NCBI GenBank assembly: GCA_027319565.1
Contig: DAHVNA010000015.1
Coordinates: 1 to 48,689, forward strand
Source of the DNA: Elusimicrobiota bacterium
GTDB taxonomy: Bacteria; Elusimicrobiota; Elusimicrobia; UBA1565; UBA9628
Direction of reading: 5' to 3'
Length of the DNA stretch: 48,689 bases
The position numbers were made by a program, and so were the translations under genes. The notes under the pieces were generated by a model that saw only the letters and a program-made list of their open reading frames with translations, was not told where the DNA came from and did no database searches. Below, piece after piece: positions 28,682 to 38,304 of this stretch; position 1 is the first letter of the stretch, and every line of letters starts with the position of its first letter.

Positions 28682-30424
28682 TCAAGATTTTCGATCTTGT
28701 AATTTAAAAATCCTCATTTCCGTATTGATGTAATAGTTCGGATCTATAGAAAATGGGCCCAGAGAAAATGGCTTAAAAGCCGCGGCTAAACGGTAATTTT
28801 TTCCCACAAATTCGCGCGTTTTGGGATCGGAATAACCTTCTTGATCTAAGACTATATACTGGGGCAAACGCTTTAGAAAATCAGGGCGCTCAAAAACCAC
28901 TAATCGGTATTGATCGTAGCGAAAAAGCGGCGTGGAATAGGGTTGCGGATAACGGGACAATCCAATACTTTGTCCCGGCTTTATATTTTTTTCAACCCAC
29001 AAGGCCGCTTGATATCGAGTGGACTTATCTCCATCATTTAAATATAAATTCTTGACATAAACAAAACAAATCAGGAAATTGAAAATCAAAACCACAGGGA
29101 GAAAAATCCGTTTCAAGAGCGGAAAAACGCGCTCTGAAACAAAAAATTCGGCGGCCAAAAGAGAAAAAAGGCCCAGAAAAGGATAAAAAAATCGAACGCT
29201 GGCCGATCCATTTAAAAATCCCCAAACAAACATAAGAAGAAACCAAAGAAACAAAAGCCCGCCCATGGAAATAACGGCAAAGAAACGCTTCTTTGACTCC
29301 GACTTTAAGGCTAAAACAAAGCCTGAAAACGCCGCCATGGTCAGAGCGTAACCCAAGGCCTGAGGAAAATAGCGAGTCAAAAATAAAAAAGTCGAATGAA
29401 GCGAAAAACCGGCTTTATGCCGCGGATAAACCAACAATTCCCAAACGTAGTAACCCGGATCGATGAAGAGGTAGGGGTTCGATAGGGCAAACGCCAGAAA
29501 TGAAAGCAAGGTTCCTTGCCACGCGGGAGAAAAAAGTTTTTGAGAGCGCCCCCGCCAAAGCCAAACAATGATCGGCAAAAATCCAAAATAAAAAAAAGAC
29601 AAATTGCTTCCGGCGGCAAGACCCGCAAAGACCCCGCAAAAGCGCAAAGCCCTAGCCGATTCCGCTTCTAAAGCCAGCACAGATGCGTCCACGCTGAGAA
29701 GCGCCCAGAATGCGGCGTAGGGATGGGGTTTTAAAACGTGGGAATTGGCAATGACGGCCGGAGACAATACAAAAAAGAGCGCAGCCAAAGCCCCCATCCG
29801 CTCACCCGAAAGCCTTCGCCCGAGATCAAAAAGAACTATTAAGGTCGCCAGCGTCGAAAAAAACATCAGCCCTCGTCCAGCGATATAAAAACGCGCCATC
29901 TGCGACGGGTTAAGCAAGTAAAAAGACAAAGACCGGCTTAAATGAATCCATTTCAAATGGGCTAAGACCTCAAGTAAAACTCCGCAGGAGTAGACGAAAA
30001 AACCCCCATACTGAATGTAAATCGGTTTAAGTTTTAAATGAACGGGATCCATCTGAGCCAAAATAGTAAAGGTTTTCTGTTCGTCCGGATTTTGAGACCT
30101 TAAAAGAATCGAACGGTAAGAATGGAGGAGGTTTCCCGGAGGCCACACCCAGCCGGGTTTAAATTCCTCGGCCCCCTGAATCCTCGGCATGGACTCATCG
30201 GTGTCTTCTTGCCGCGATTTTTGCACCCCGCGATAAATCTTCTTCCAGCTGGCCTCAAGCTTTTCCGGCATTCTAGAATCAGAAAGCAACGCCGGAGAAA
30301 AAATAGAAAAGCGAGATTGATTTGGCAAGCCCCATCTCAGCCCAGTAAGCCCAAAAAATAATTGTAAAAAAACAGCCGCCAAGATAACGCCCAAGGCAAA
30401 CTTGTCTTTAGGCCAGGGAATCAT
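28682..30424 (-). CDS. GT-C-fold membrane glycosyltransferase (ArnT/PMT-like)
   Basis: GLRWGLP...NPDE, multiple TM helices, STR..AA.WV..NI C-terminal domain; resembles the 9925-11637 product. Confidence 0.8.
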   Translation of the reverse strand: MIPWPKDKFALGVILAAVFLQLFFGLTGLRWGLPNQSRFSIFSPALLSDSRMPEKLEASWKKIYRGVQKSRQEDTDESMPRIQGAEEFKPGWVWPPGNLLHSYRSILLRSQNPDEQKTFTILAQMDPVHLKLKPIYIQYGGFFVYSCGVLLEVLAHLKWIHLSRSLSFYLLNPSQMARFYIAGRGLMFFSTLATLIVLFDLGRRLSGERMGALAALFFVLSPAVIANSHVLKPHPYAAFWALLSVDASVLALEAESARALRFCGVFAGLAAGSNLSFFYFGFLPIIVWLWRGRSQKLFSPAWQGTLLSFLAFALSNPYLFIDPGYYVWELLVYPRHKAGFSLHSTFLFLTRYFPQALGYALTMAAFSGFVLALKSESKKRFFAVISMGGLLFLWFLLMFVWGFLNGSASVRFFYPFLGLFSLLAAEFFVSERVFPLLKRIFLPVVLIFNFLICFVYVKNLYLNDGDKSTRYQAALWVEKNIKPGQSIGLSRYPQPYSTPLFRYDQYRLVVFERPDFLKRLPQYIVLDQEGYSDPKTREFVGKNYRLAAAFKPFSLGPFSIDPNYYINTEMRIFKLQDRKS

Positions 30425-30427
30425 CTC

Positions 30428-31186
30428 TTATCTTCCCTTTCGATAAAGATAGCGGGTGGGCATCGAGGGCAAAATAAAATCAGACTCTCGACGTAAAAAA
30501 TTGTATTTAACGATGTACCATAAAGCCGCAAAACCATCTCTCCAGCCTATTTTTTTCCCCTCTTGATAAGAGCGCGGGTAATAGCGGATAGGGACCTCGG
30601 CAACCCGAAGATTAAGCTTCGCGATTTTGGCCGTAATCTCCGGCTCAAAACCAAAGCGATCGGAATCTAAAACAATATTCTTGATAATATCGGCTTTAAA
30701 CATCTTATAGCAGGTTTCCATATCGGAAAAATAAAGTCCGGAACAAAGGTTTGAAAAAGCCGTTAAAAACCGATTGGCCAAGCGATGCCAGGTACGGTGG
30801 ACCTGAAAGCCTGAGTTTTTAAAACGCGAACCATAGACGACATCGGCTTCGCCTTTAAGAATCGGCTCAATCAAAGCGGGAATATCCTTGGGCTCATATT
30901 CCAAATCGGCGTCTTGAATGATAATCAAATCTCCGGAAGCAAGTTTAATTCCGCGGCGAATAGCCGCCCCCTTGCCGCGGTTGGTCTCCTGATAATGAGC
31001 GATCACTCCTGAATATTTTTCGGACAACTCTTTGATGATTCTCGGAGAATTGTCTTTTGAAAAATCATCGACAAAAACGAATTCCGTGTTAATTCCATAA
31101 TCGACTTCTTGTAACTTTTTAAAAATTTCCCGCAAGGTTTCTTCTTCATTATAGACGGGGATGATGATGGAAAGCTTAGGATTCAT
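30428..31186 (-). CDS. GT2 glycosyltransferase, DPM-synthase-like
   Basis: PVYNEE, VDD.S.D, NRGKGAA, QDADLEY, YGSRF, DMETCYK, FGFEPE, GKKIGWRDG. Confidence 0.9.
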   Translation of the reverse strand: MNPKLSIIIPVYNEEETLREIFKKLQEVDYGINTEFVFVDDFSKDNSPRIIKELSEKYSGVIAHYQETNRGKGAAIRRGIKLASGDLIIIQDADLEYEPKDIPALIEPILKGEADVVYGSRFKNSGFQVHRTWHRLANRFLTAFSNLCSGLYFSDMETCYKMFKADIIKNIVLDSDRFGFEPEITAKIAKLNLRVAEVPIRYYPRSYQEGKKIGWRDGFAALWYIVKYNFLRRESDFILPSMPTRYLYRKGR

Positions 31187-31193
31187 GAACCCG

Positions 31194-32492
31194 CTAAACG
31201 AAGCTGCTTAAAGCATCCAATGAAGAATCGCGGAGAATGGTCTGCCTTAAATCAGGCCCGACCGAAACAGTGGGAATGGAAATTTTGAGCTTTTTTTCAA
31301 TCCACAAAATATAATTCTGAGCGGCTTTCGGAAGATCAGAAAAATGGCGTGCGGAACCCAAATCTCCGCTAAAGCCTGGAAGACGGATTACAACCGGCCT
31401 TGCCTCTTGCTGAATTTTCCTTGACCATGGGAAATCAGAAATGGTTTTCCCTTTCCATTTGTAAGCAACGCAGACTTCAATGGGCCCAGTTCCAGATAAA
31501 GTGTCAAGTTTAGTCACCGCCAAGGCGTTGATTCCGCTAATCCGAATGGCATGACGCAGTTGAACAAGATCAAGACTGCCGATTCTCCGGGGACGCCCCG
31601 TCGTCGTCCCATATTCATGCCCTTTTTCTCTTAAATAATCGCCGCGTTTGGATTCCATCTCGCTTGGAAAAGGGCCTAGGCCCACGCGCGTGGTGTAGGC
31701 CTTGCTTACTCCCAGAACAAACTCAATAGCCGATGGAGAAATTCCAGAACCCGTCGCGGCTCCGCCCGCAATCGGGCTTGAAGAGGTGACAAAAGGATAG
31801 GTTCCAAAATCCAAATCTAACATCGCGCCTTGGGCGCTTTCCAAAAGGACGTTCTCTTTTCTCTCAATGGCCTGGGATAAAAGAAGAGAAGTATCTTTTG
31901 CATAGGGCTTGATAAAATTCCGAAGGCTGGCGTAATCGGAAAACACCTCTTTTTCAATTGAAGACAAAGGTTTTAACCGGGCCAATTCCGCCGATCGAAT
32001 TTTCAAATTTTGAGCGACCAATTTTTTGAAAATTTCCGGTTCCAGATAATCGCAAACGCGAATGCCAATCCGCGCGACCTTATCCTCATAACAAGGGCCG
32101 ATGCCTCTTTTGGTCGTCCCGATTCCGCGTCCGCTGTCTTCCCTAAGACCGTCAAGCAAAATGTGATAGGGCAAAATGACATGGGCGCCCAAACTGACAA
32201 AAAGCCTTTTTCGCGAAGAAATGCCCTGTTTTTCAAGGCCCAAGACTTCTTCTCTAAACGCGCTGGGACTCAGAACAACCCCAGAACCTATCACATTTTT
32301 AGTCTGCTTAAGGAGTATTCCGGAGGGAATTAAATGCAGGGCATAGCGTTTTTTCCCCACAACCACGGTATGCCCGGCGTTGTTTCCGCCTTGATAGCGC
32401 GCGACATACTGCGCTTTCCGGGCAAGAAAATGGACAATCTTCCCCTTGCCTTCATCTCCCCACTGCGCGCCGACGACCACTAAAATAGACAT
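31194..32492 (-). CDS. purA: Adenylosuccinate synthetase
   Basis: GAQWGDEGKGK, GGNNAGHT, GTTKRGIGP, EYGTTTGRPRR, TKLD. Confidence 0.97.
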   Translation of the reverse strand: MSILVVVGAQWGDEGKGKIVHFLARKAQYVARYQGGNNAGHTVVVGKKRYALHLIPSGILLKQTKNVIGSGVVLSPSAFREEVLGLEKQGISSRKRLFVSLGAHVILPYHILLDGLREDSGRGIGTTKRGIGPCYEDKVARIGIRVCDYLEPEIFKKLVAQNLKIRSAELARLKPLSSIEKEVFSDYASLRNFIKPYAKDTSLLLSQAIERKENVLLESAQGAMLDLDFGTYPFVTSSSPIAGGAATGSGISPSAIEFVLGVSKAYTTRVGLGPFPSEMESKRGDYLREKGHEYGTTTGRPRRIGSLDLVQLRHAIRISGINALAVTKLDTLSGTGPIEVCVAYKWKGKTISDFPWSRKIQQEARPVVIRLPGFSGDLGSARHFSDLPKAAQNYILWIEKKLKISIPTVSVGPDLRQTILRDSSLDALSSFV

Positions 32493-32496
32493 AGTA

Positions 32497-33441
32497 TCAC
32501 CTTGTCAAAACTCTCCGCCACCATGAGGATGAAACGGGATGCTTCAGTAAAACACGGACGGCCTTTATCTTCTTCTCCAAGGGTATCGCGGCATCTCCGC
32601 AAACGCCCAGAGAAAAACGCGCTCTTAGAAATATTTTCGATGAGACAACCTCAACGGCTTCCACCGGGGCCAAGACGGAAGTGGGAACTCCGTCTTGATA
32701 GCCGCCAAATATTTTCCACAAATAATGCGCCAAATCTCTTGGATCTGAAATGACGGCTGAAATCATGTCTCCAGCTTTAATTTCAGAGGCGGGAATCCCC
32801 AGAGGATCTTCTTCAAGTCCGATTTTAAGGACCGTATGGTCTTCTTGCCCGTCTTGATGCGCCCCCCGCCGCCGGATGATTTTCTCTCCCATCGGTATTC
32901 TCAAAGAATTAAACTCTCCGAGGCTTAAAATCTCGGCCTTGACCTTGACCTCGACTTTTGAAGAGGCAAGCGCCCGTCCAAAGGCGATGCCCAGTTCCGA
33001 CTCCATTCGCGAAGCGAGAGAGGCGTCTATCTCCAGAGGTTTTTGAGCGAGGGCTTGCCGCACATACAGAGATAAGATTTGTTCTAAATTCAGGCTCTCG
33101 GACTGCAAACTGCCTTCCCATAAACGCCGGGCATACAGATCTTTCTCAAACTCAAACCAATAACCATCCAAGGTTCTGATATAGACAACCGGATTAAAAG
33201 AAACCACCGCGCGCGAACGCAAAACTTCTCCGGACTTGATATTAGCGACCGCTAAGGCCAAGCCAAAACGAGGATCCGACAAATCCCTGAACTTAATTTT
33301 AAGGACTAAAATATTCCGCAGACGGCTGGCCAAAACGCGCAAAGCCTGGGGAACCTCGTAAGCCGCCATCTGAAGAGCTAATTCGGCCTCGGCTGAATCG
33401 CACCCGGTCTCTTCAACTAAAATGCCGACTTTATCTTCCAT
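32497..33441 (-). CDS. Hypothetical protein with N-terminal UBA-like helical motif
   Basis: Start reassigned to ATG 33441 (MEDKVGILVEETGCDSAEAELAL); coupled to xerC and purA. Confidence 0.7.
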   Translation of the reverse strand: MEDKVGILVEETGCDSAEAELALQMAAYEVPQALRVLASRLRNILVLKIKFRDLSDPRFGLALAVANIKSGEVLRSRAVVSFNPVVYIRTLDGYWFEFEKDLYARRLWEGSLQSESLNLEQILSLYVRQALAQKPLEIDASLASRMESELGIAFGRALASSKVEVKVKAEILSLGEFNSLRIPMGEKIIRRRGAHQDGQEDHTVLKIGLEEDPLGIPASEIKAGDMISAVISDPRDLAHYLWKIFGGYQDGVPTSVLAPVEAVEVVSSKIFLRARFSLGVCGDAAIPLEKKIKAVRVLLKHPVSSSWWRRVLTR

Positions 33442-34321
33442 GAGAGATCCTAGAACGCGGATGGGCTTTCCCGTAAACATCTTTGAGATGCTCGAGCGAT
33501 ATATGGGTATAAATCTGGGTATTCGAGAGATTTTTATGTCCCAACATCTCTTGTAGCGAGCGTAAATCGCACCCCGCGTTGAGAAGGTGGGTCGCAAAGC
33601 TATGCCGAAACATATGCGGGGTCAACCTTTTGGGCCAATGCAGATGATTCTTCCATTTTTTAACGATTAAAGCGATTCCCTGTTCCGACAGACGGGAGTT
33701 GAGAGAGTTGAGAAACAAGGGCTCTCCCCCATGCCTTGAGGGTCTTGAATCAAGATAGGCGCGCAGAGCGCTTAAGGCTTGGTTTCCCGCGGGAACAAGC
33801 CGTTCGCGCGAACCTTTTCCAAATACCCGAATAAATCCTCCGTTAAAATCCACATCCCCGATATTAAGAGAAGATAATTCCGCTCGGCGAACGCCTGAAG
33901 AGTAAAGAATTTCTAAAAGCGCGCGGTCTCTCAAAGAAAAGCGTCCGGCGCTGGCAAAAGGCGCCTCTAATAGGCTTGAGACTTCGTCTTCCGTCATAAA
34001 TTTAGGAAGCAGTTTTTCTTTTTTGGGAAGAATTAAGCCGACAAAAGGGGACGCGCTCATAAGGCTTCTTTCAACAAGAAACCGCGTCAGGGAACGCAAA
34101 GCGGAAATCTTTCTCAACAAGCTGTTTCGCGAAAGATTTTTTTTCTTTTGAAGATCGGCGATATAGCCGCGAACGACTCCTCTTTCTATTTCGGAAGGGG
34201 CCTTGACTTTTGAAATCTCAAGAAATTCTTTTAGATCAGCCTCATAAGCTCTTAGAGTATGAGCTGAATATTGCCTGCTTCCCCTCAAATAGGACAAAAA
34301 ACCGACGATATGCTCTTGCAT
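33431..34321 (-). CDS. xerC: Tyrosine recombinase XerC/XerD
   Basis: YSAHT.RAY, SG.R..EL, GKGSRER, PHMFRHSFATHLL, LGH....TQIYTH; conserved dprA-topA-xerC order. Confidence 0.88.
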   Translation of the reverse strand: MQEHIVGFLSYLRGSRQYSAHTLRAYEADLKEFLEISKVKAPSEIERGVVRGYIADLQKKKNLSRNSLLRKISALRSLTRFLVERSLMSASPFVGLILPKKEKLLPKFMTEDEVSSLLEAPFASAGRFSLRDRALLEILYSSGVRRAELSSLNIGDVDFNGGFIRVFGKGSRERLVPAGNQALSALRAYLDSRPSRHGGEPLFLNSLNSRLSEQGIALIVKKWKNHLHWPKRLTPHMFRHSFATHLLNAGCDLRSLQEMLGHKNLSNTQIYTHISLEHLKDVYGKAHPRSRISHGR

Positions 34322-36672
34322 TATTTTTTCAGCAAATTTTTGGCGAAATCAGCTTCGGCTTCCTTGCGCAAGGCTTGTCCATCGTCTTTACTTAAGGGCT
34401 TTAAGTTCCGGCATTTGGGAAAGCCCGAGCAGGCGAGAAAAAAGCCGCGCTTTCCTTTTCTGATCCACATCGGTTTTTGACATTTATCGCATAAGCGGCT
34501 GCTCAAAAGCGGGCGGGAATCCATAATCTTTTTCCCCTCCGCGTCCAGAGAAAACGTGTTTTTGCAGATCGGGTAGCCGGAACAAGCCATAAAGCGTCCC
34601 TTTCTTCCGGTGCGAATGACCATGGGTTTTCCGCAGATATCGCATATCTCGTCAGTCTTTTCGGGCTCAAGCTTTTTCCCCTCGGCATTCAAGGCAATTT
34701 TCCCTTTGCACTCAGGAAAGCGCGAGCAGGAAATGTATTGTCCAAAACGGCTTTCGCGCAAAAGCATGGGGCTTCCGCAAAGAGGGCAAATTTCATCGGT
34801 TTTTTTAGGCTCAATGCGAGACACCGTCATTTCTACTGCGGCCTTTTGAACTGATTTTGAAAAGGGTTTATAAAAATCCGCGATAACCCCGTTCCACTCC
34901 TCAGCGCCTTCCGCGATTTTGTCAAGGCGCTCTTCCACTTCCGCCGTATATCCCAGGCTGACGACATCGGGGAAATGCTCTTTGAGCTTTTCAGTGACCA
35001 AATTCCCCAATTCGGTGACTAGGAGTTGGCGGTCTTTTTGCCGGCGCACGTATCCGCGATCGACAATGGTTTTAATTGTCGGCGCATAAGTTGAAGGCCT
35101 GCCAATGCCATGTTTTTCCATCGTGCGAATGAGACTGGCTTCGTTATAATACGGAGGCGGCCCGGTTTTTTTGATTTCCGGCTTAAACTGAGCCAACTCT
35201 AAAAGGTCTCCTTCGTTTAAAGGCGGAAGAGAGCGGTCTTGAGGGCTTTCAGAATCCTCTGCTGCCTCCGAATCCTCTTTATCTATCGAATAGACTTTAA
35301 GGAAACCTTCAAATTTAAGCACCCGGCCCGAGGCGTGAAAGATCGCTTGCCCCTTGCCTTGAATATCGACAGAAAGAGTGTCATAAACGGCCTCTTTCAT
35401 CTGACTGGCGACAAATCTTTTCCAAATCAAATCGTAAAGTTTGGCCTGATCGGAATTAATGCGGCTCTTGAGTTCCTCTGGAATCCTTAAAACGCTGGTC
35501 GGACGAATGGCCTCATGCGCCTCTTGAGCGGCCATGGTCTTTGTTTGATAAACCGGCGGCGAATCGGGAACGTAGTCATCTCCAAAATGCTCTTTAATGA
35601 AAGCGGACGCTTCGTTAGCGGCGAGTTTTGAGACAAAAAAGGAATCGGTTCTCATGTAGGTAATGAGACCCACCGTTTCCCCATTACCTAAATCAATTCC
35701 CTCGTAAAGAGACTGCGCGGTGCGCATGGTGCGCTCGGCCGTAAACCCAAGTTTCGTCGAAGCCGCCTGCTGAAGAGCGCTAGTGGAAAAAGGAGGCGCA
35801 GGGCGCCGACGAGATTCTTTTCTTTCAGCTGAAATGACCTTAAAAGCGTTCGTGGCAACGTCGAGTTCCACCTCTTTGACATCGGATTCATTTTTAAGAA
35901 TACTGGTGCGAACGCGATAGGGCTCTGCAAACAAATCAAAGGTCTTGGTCTGTTCTACTTTCGCGCCTTTCCAGAGGCTTAAATCGGCTAGAAAAGTCGA
36001 ACCTTCCTTCTTAAAGAGAGCCTGAACCGTCCAAAACGATTCCGACACAAAGGACTTAATTTCTTTTTCCCTTTCCGACAAAAGGCGCACCGCCACCGAC
36101 TGCACCCGCCCGGCCGACAAGCCTTTTTTGATTTTCTCCCATAAGAGCGGAGAAAGCTCGTAACCAACCAAGCGATCAATAATTCTTCGCGCTTGCTGCG
36201 CGCCCACTAAATGCTGGTCAATATCCCTCGGAGATAAAAGAGCTTCCTTGATGGCTGGGAGAGTAATTTCATGGAAGGTAATCCGGCGAGCCTTTTGAAC
36301 GTCCAAATTCAGGATGTCGCTTAAATGCCAGGCGATGGATTCGCCTTCCCGGTCATGGTCGGTGGCGAGATAGACATAAGTGGATTTGTCCGCCAATTTT
36401 TTAAGTTCCGCAATGACTTTTTTCGCGCGAGGCAAAACCACGTATTCTGGTTTAAAGCCCTTTTTGACATCAACTCCCATTTTTTTAACCGGCAGATCTC
36501 GGACGTGCCCAAAAGAGCTTTTGACGATGATATTGCCTTTTAAGAGGCGGGAGATTGTTCGTTCCTTGGCTGGCGACTCGACAATGAGAAGCGAAATTTC
36601 CTGTCCATTTTTTGATTTTTTCGCGCCGCCAGTCTTAACTTTTTTTTCTTTAGTTTCTTTTTTTGATGGCAT
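34321..36672 (-). CDS. topA: DNA topoisomerase I
   Basis: IVESPAK, ATD.DREGE, SAGRVQS, LITYMRTDS, GIGRPSTYA, three C-terminal Cys4 zinc ribbons. Confidence 0.97.
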   Translation of the reverse strand: MPSKKETKEKKVKTGGAKKSKNGQEISLLIVESPAKERTISRLLKGNIIVKSSFGHVRDLPVKKMGVDVKKGFKPEYVVLPRAKKVIAELKKLADKSTYVYLATDHDREGESIAWHLSDILNLDVQKARRITFHEITLPAIKEALLSPRDIDQHLVGAQQARRIIDRLVGYELSPLLWEKIKKGLSAGRVQSVAVRLLSEREKEIKSFVSESFWTVQALFKKEGSTFLADLSLWKGAKVEQTKTFDLFAEPYRVRTSILKNESDVKEVELDVATNAFKVISAERKESRRRPAPPFSTSALQQAASTKLGFTAERTMRTAQSLYEGIDLGNGETVGLITYMRTDSFFVSKLAANEASAFIKEHFGDDYVPDSPPVYQTKTMAAQEAHEAIRPTSVLRIPEELKSRINSDQAKLYDLIWKRFVASQMKEAVYDTLSVDIQGKGQAIFHASGRVLKFEGFLKVYSIDKEDSEAAEDSESPQDRSLPPLNEGDLLELAQFKPEIKKTGPPPYYNEASLIRTMEKHGIGRPSTYAPTIKTIVDRGYVRRQKDRQLLVTELGNLVTEKLKEHFPDVVSLGYTAEVEERLDKIAEGAEEWNGVIADFYKPFSKSVQKAAVEMTVSRIEPKKTDEICPLCGSPMLLRESRFGQYISCSRFPECKGKIALNAEGKKLEPEKTDEICDICGKPMVIRTGRKGRFMACSGYPICKNTFSLDAEGKKIMDSRPLLSSRLCDKCQKPMWIRKGKRGFFLACSGFPKCRNLKPLSKDDGQALRKEAEADFAKNLLKK

Positions 36673-37768
36673 AATGTTGTCCCGGTTCGCTCATAATCAA
36701 CCCATCCATTTCAAGCTCAAACAAAGCCGAGGAAAGGCTGGCAATATCAAGTCCGCAGCCCGATGCAATCTCTTCCAAGGCTAAACTCTGCGAACCGATG
36801 AATTGTAGAATTTTACGCTTGGTTAAAGAAAGAGGGCTGGGAAAGTCAGGAACGAAAAAACTGGAATCCGAAGTCTTTAATTTTTCTTGAAAGCACGAGG
36901 GAGGCATATCCTCCAAGACGTCGTCAAAACGCGAGACCAGTTTCGCCCCTTGGGAAATCAAAAGGTGCGGAGCCTCGCTTAAAGGAGAATCCACCGGACC
37001 AGGAACCGCGAAAACAGCTCGCCCTTGTTCCGCCGCGATTTTAGCGGTAATCAAGGAACCCGACTTTTCCTTTCCTTCAACTACCATCACTCCCCAAGAA
37101 AGGCCTGAAATAATCCGGTTTCGCATGGGAAAACAGGCGGGCCAGGGTCTTGTCTCTAGCGGAAATTCGCTCAGCAGGCATCCCCCCGCTTGGACAATCT
37201 TTTCGGCCAACTTTTTGTTTTCAGATGGATACAGATTCAAAAACCCCGAGCCCAAGACCGCCCAAGTTTTTCCCGCGTTCTCCACCGCCGCCTGATGAGC
37301 CTCGGTGTCAATTCCCCTGGCGAGCCCGCTGACAACCGTCAGCCCCGAGGAAATGGCTTGTTGAGAAAACCGCGCGGCCATGCGCCGTCCATAAGAAGTG
37401 GGGGTTCTTGTCCCGACAATGGCCAAGGAATTACTCTCGGAAAACTCCCCCAACACATAGAGGGCGAGTGGCGCGTGCGGCAAGGTTTTAAGAACTTGGG
37501 GATAACTTTCTTCCCATTCAAACGAAATTCGCGCGCCTAAAGATTTCGCGAGTTCCATTTCTTTTTCGGCATTAAATGAAAAAGCCTCTCGCTTTAACCG
37601 CTCAGCCGAAGGATAAGAGAGCCCGGAAGCTTCAGCCCAGCGCTCGACCGGCATTGTCCATAAAGAAGCCCCGAATTCTTTTAGAATTTTCTTTCTGGAA
37701 TCTGGCGGAAAATTAAAAGCCGAGTTCAGTTTCAGAGAAATCTCCGCCTCCGCGTTTAAAGAGTTCAT
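36650..37768 (-). CDS. dprA: DNA-processing protein DprA/Smf
   Basis: AIVGTR.PT.YG, VSGLARGID..AH, FP.RNRIISG, SGSLITA, C-terminal winged helix (LFELEM.G). Confidence 0.95.
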   Translation of the reverse strand: MNSLNAEAEISLKLNSAFNFPPDSRKKILKEFGASLWTMPVERWAEASGLSYPSAERLKREAFSFNAEKEMELAKSLGARISFEWEESYPQVLKTLPHAPLALYVLGEFSESNSLAIVGTRTPTSYGRRMAARFSQQAISSGLTVVSGLARGIDTEAHQAAVENAGKTWAVLGSGFLNLYPSENKKLAEKIVQAGGCLLSEFPLETRPWPACFPMRNRIISGLSWGVMVVEGKEKSGSLITAKIAAEQGRAVFAVPGPVDSPLSEAPHLLISQGAKLVSRFDDVLEDMPPSCFQEKLKTSDSSFFVPDFPSPLSLTKRKILQFIGSQSLALEEIASGCGLDIASLSSALFELEMDGLIMSEPGQHYAIKKRN

Positions 37769-38304
37769 CACCAATCCTTTTTAATGAGATCTCCATCTTC
37801 AATCGCGTCATTGGCGGATTCGATTTTAATTCGGCATCGGGAAGAGCTGAGGATTTTAACCACCTTGGCGTTTCCAATCTTAAACAAGTAGCGCGCGTGT
37901 ATATCCAAATCCTTTTCATGGCGGGAGGCGACACGGTAAACGGTCAATTGATCTCCCACTGAAATATGGACCCCTTTTCTTAGGCGCGCATCCGCGAGAC
38001 TGCCAGGTGGACTCATCAGCTGAAACTCATCGTTTTCTTTAACTTGAGATGAGTTTTTCTCCAATATCCATCCATCCGCCTTCCATTTGAGCGGCGCCTT
38101 AAATCTTTTAACCGAAGGAAATTGTCCCGCAAGACCGGGAGGTTCTGAAACCGACAAGCTTTCCGGGGCAGAACTTGGTTTGCCTTCTTTAGAAACCGCT
38201 TGAGAACTCGAGATGGAAACCGTTGAAGAGCTGATCGCGCTTTGAGCGTAAAGATTTCCAAGCGGCAAAAGACATGGAGTTAAAAGAGTGAGTAGAACGC
38301 TCAT
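37768..38304 (-). CDS. Exported hypothetical protein, TsaP/FlgT C-terminal-like beta domain
   Basis: Signal-peptide-like N-terminus (..LYAQ), Ser-rich linker, VGD.L.VYR...IG.AKVV...I..A.D.I..GD pattern; overlaps comM and dprA. Confidence 0.6.
   Translation of the reverse strand: MSVLLTLLTPCLLPLGNLYAQSAISSSTVSISSSQAVSKEGKPSSAPESLSVSEPPGLAGQFPSVKRFKAPLKWKADGWILEKNSSQVKENDEFQLMSPPGSLADARLRKGVHISVGDQLTVYRVASRHEKDLDIHARYLFKIGNAKVVKILSSSRCRIKIESANDAIEDGDLIKKDW

Noticed and set aside
33442..33597. N-terminal extension of the 366-aa ORF (similarly for the queC, gmhA, tldD and malQ ORF-track starts)
   Set aside because: These extensions overlap upstream genes; downstream starts give typical coupling or SD sites.
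33431..34321. Tyrosine recombinase as a phage or island integrase
   Set aside because: Xer-type size and motifs in the conserved dprA-topA-xerC order; no att-like repeats, tRNA or phage genes seen.
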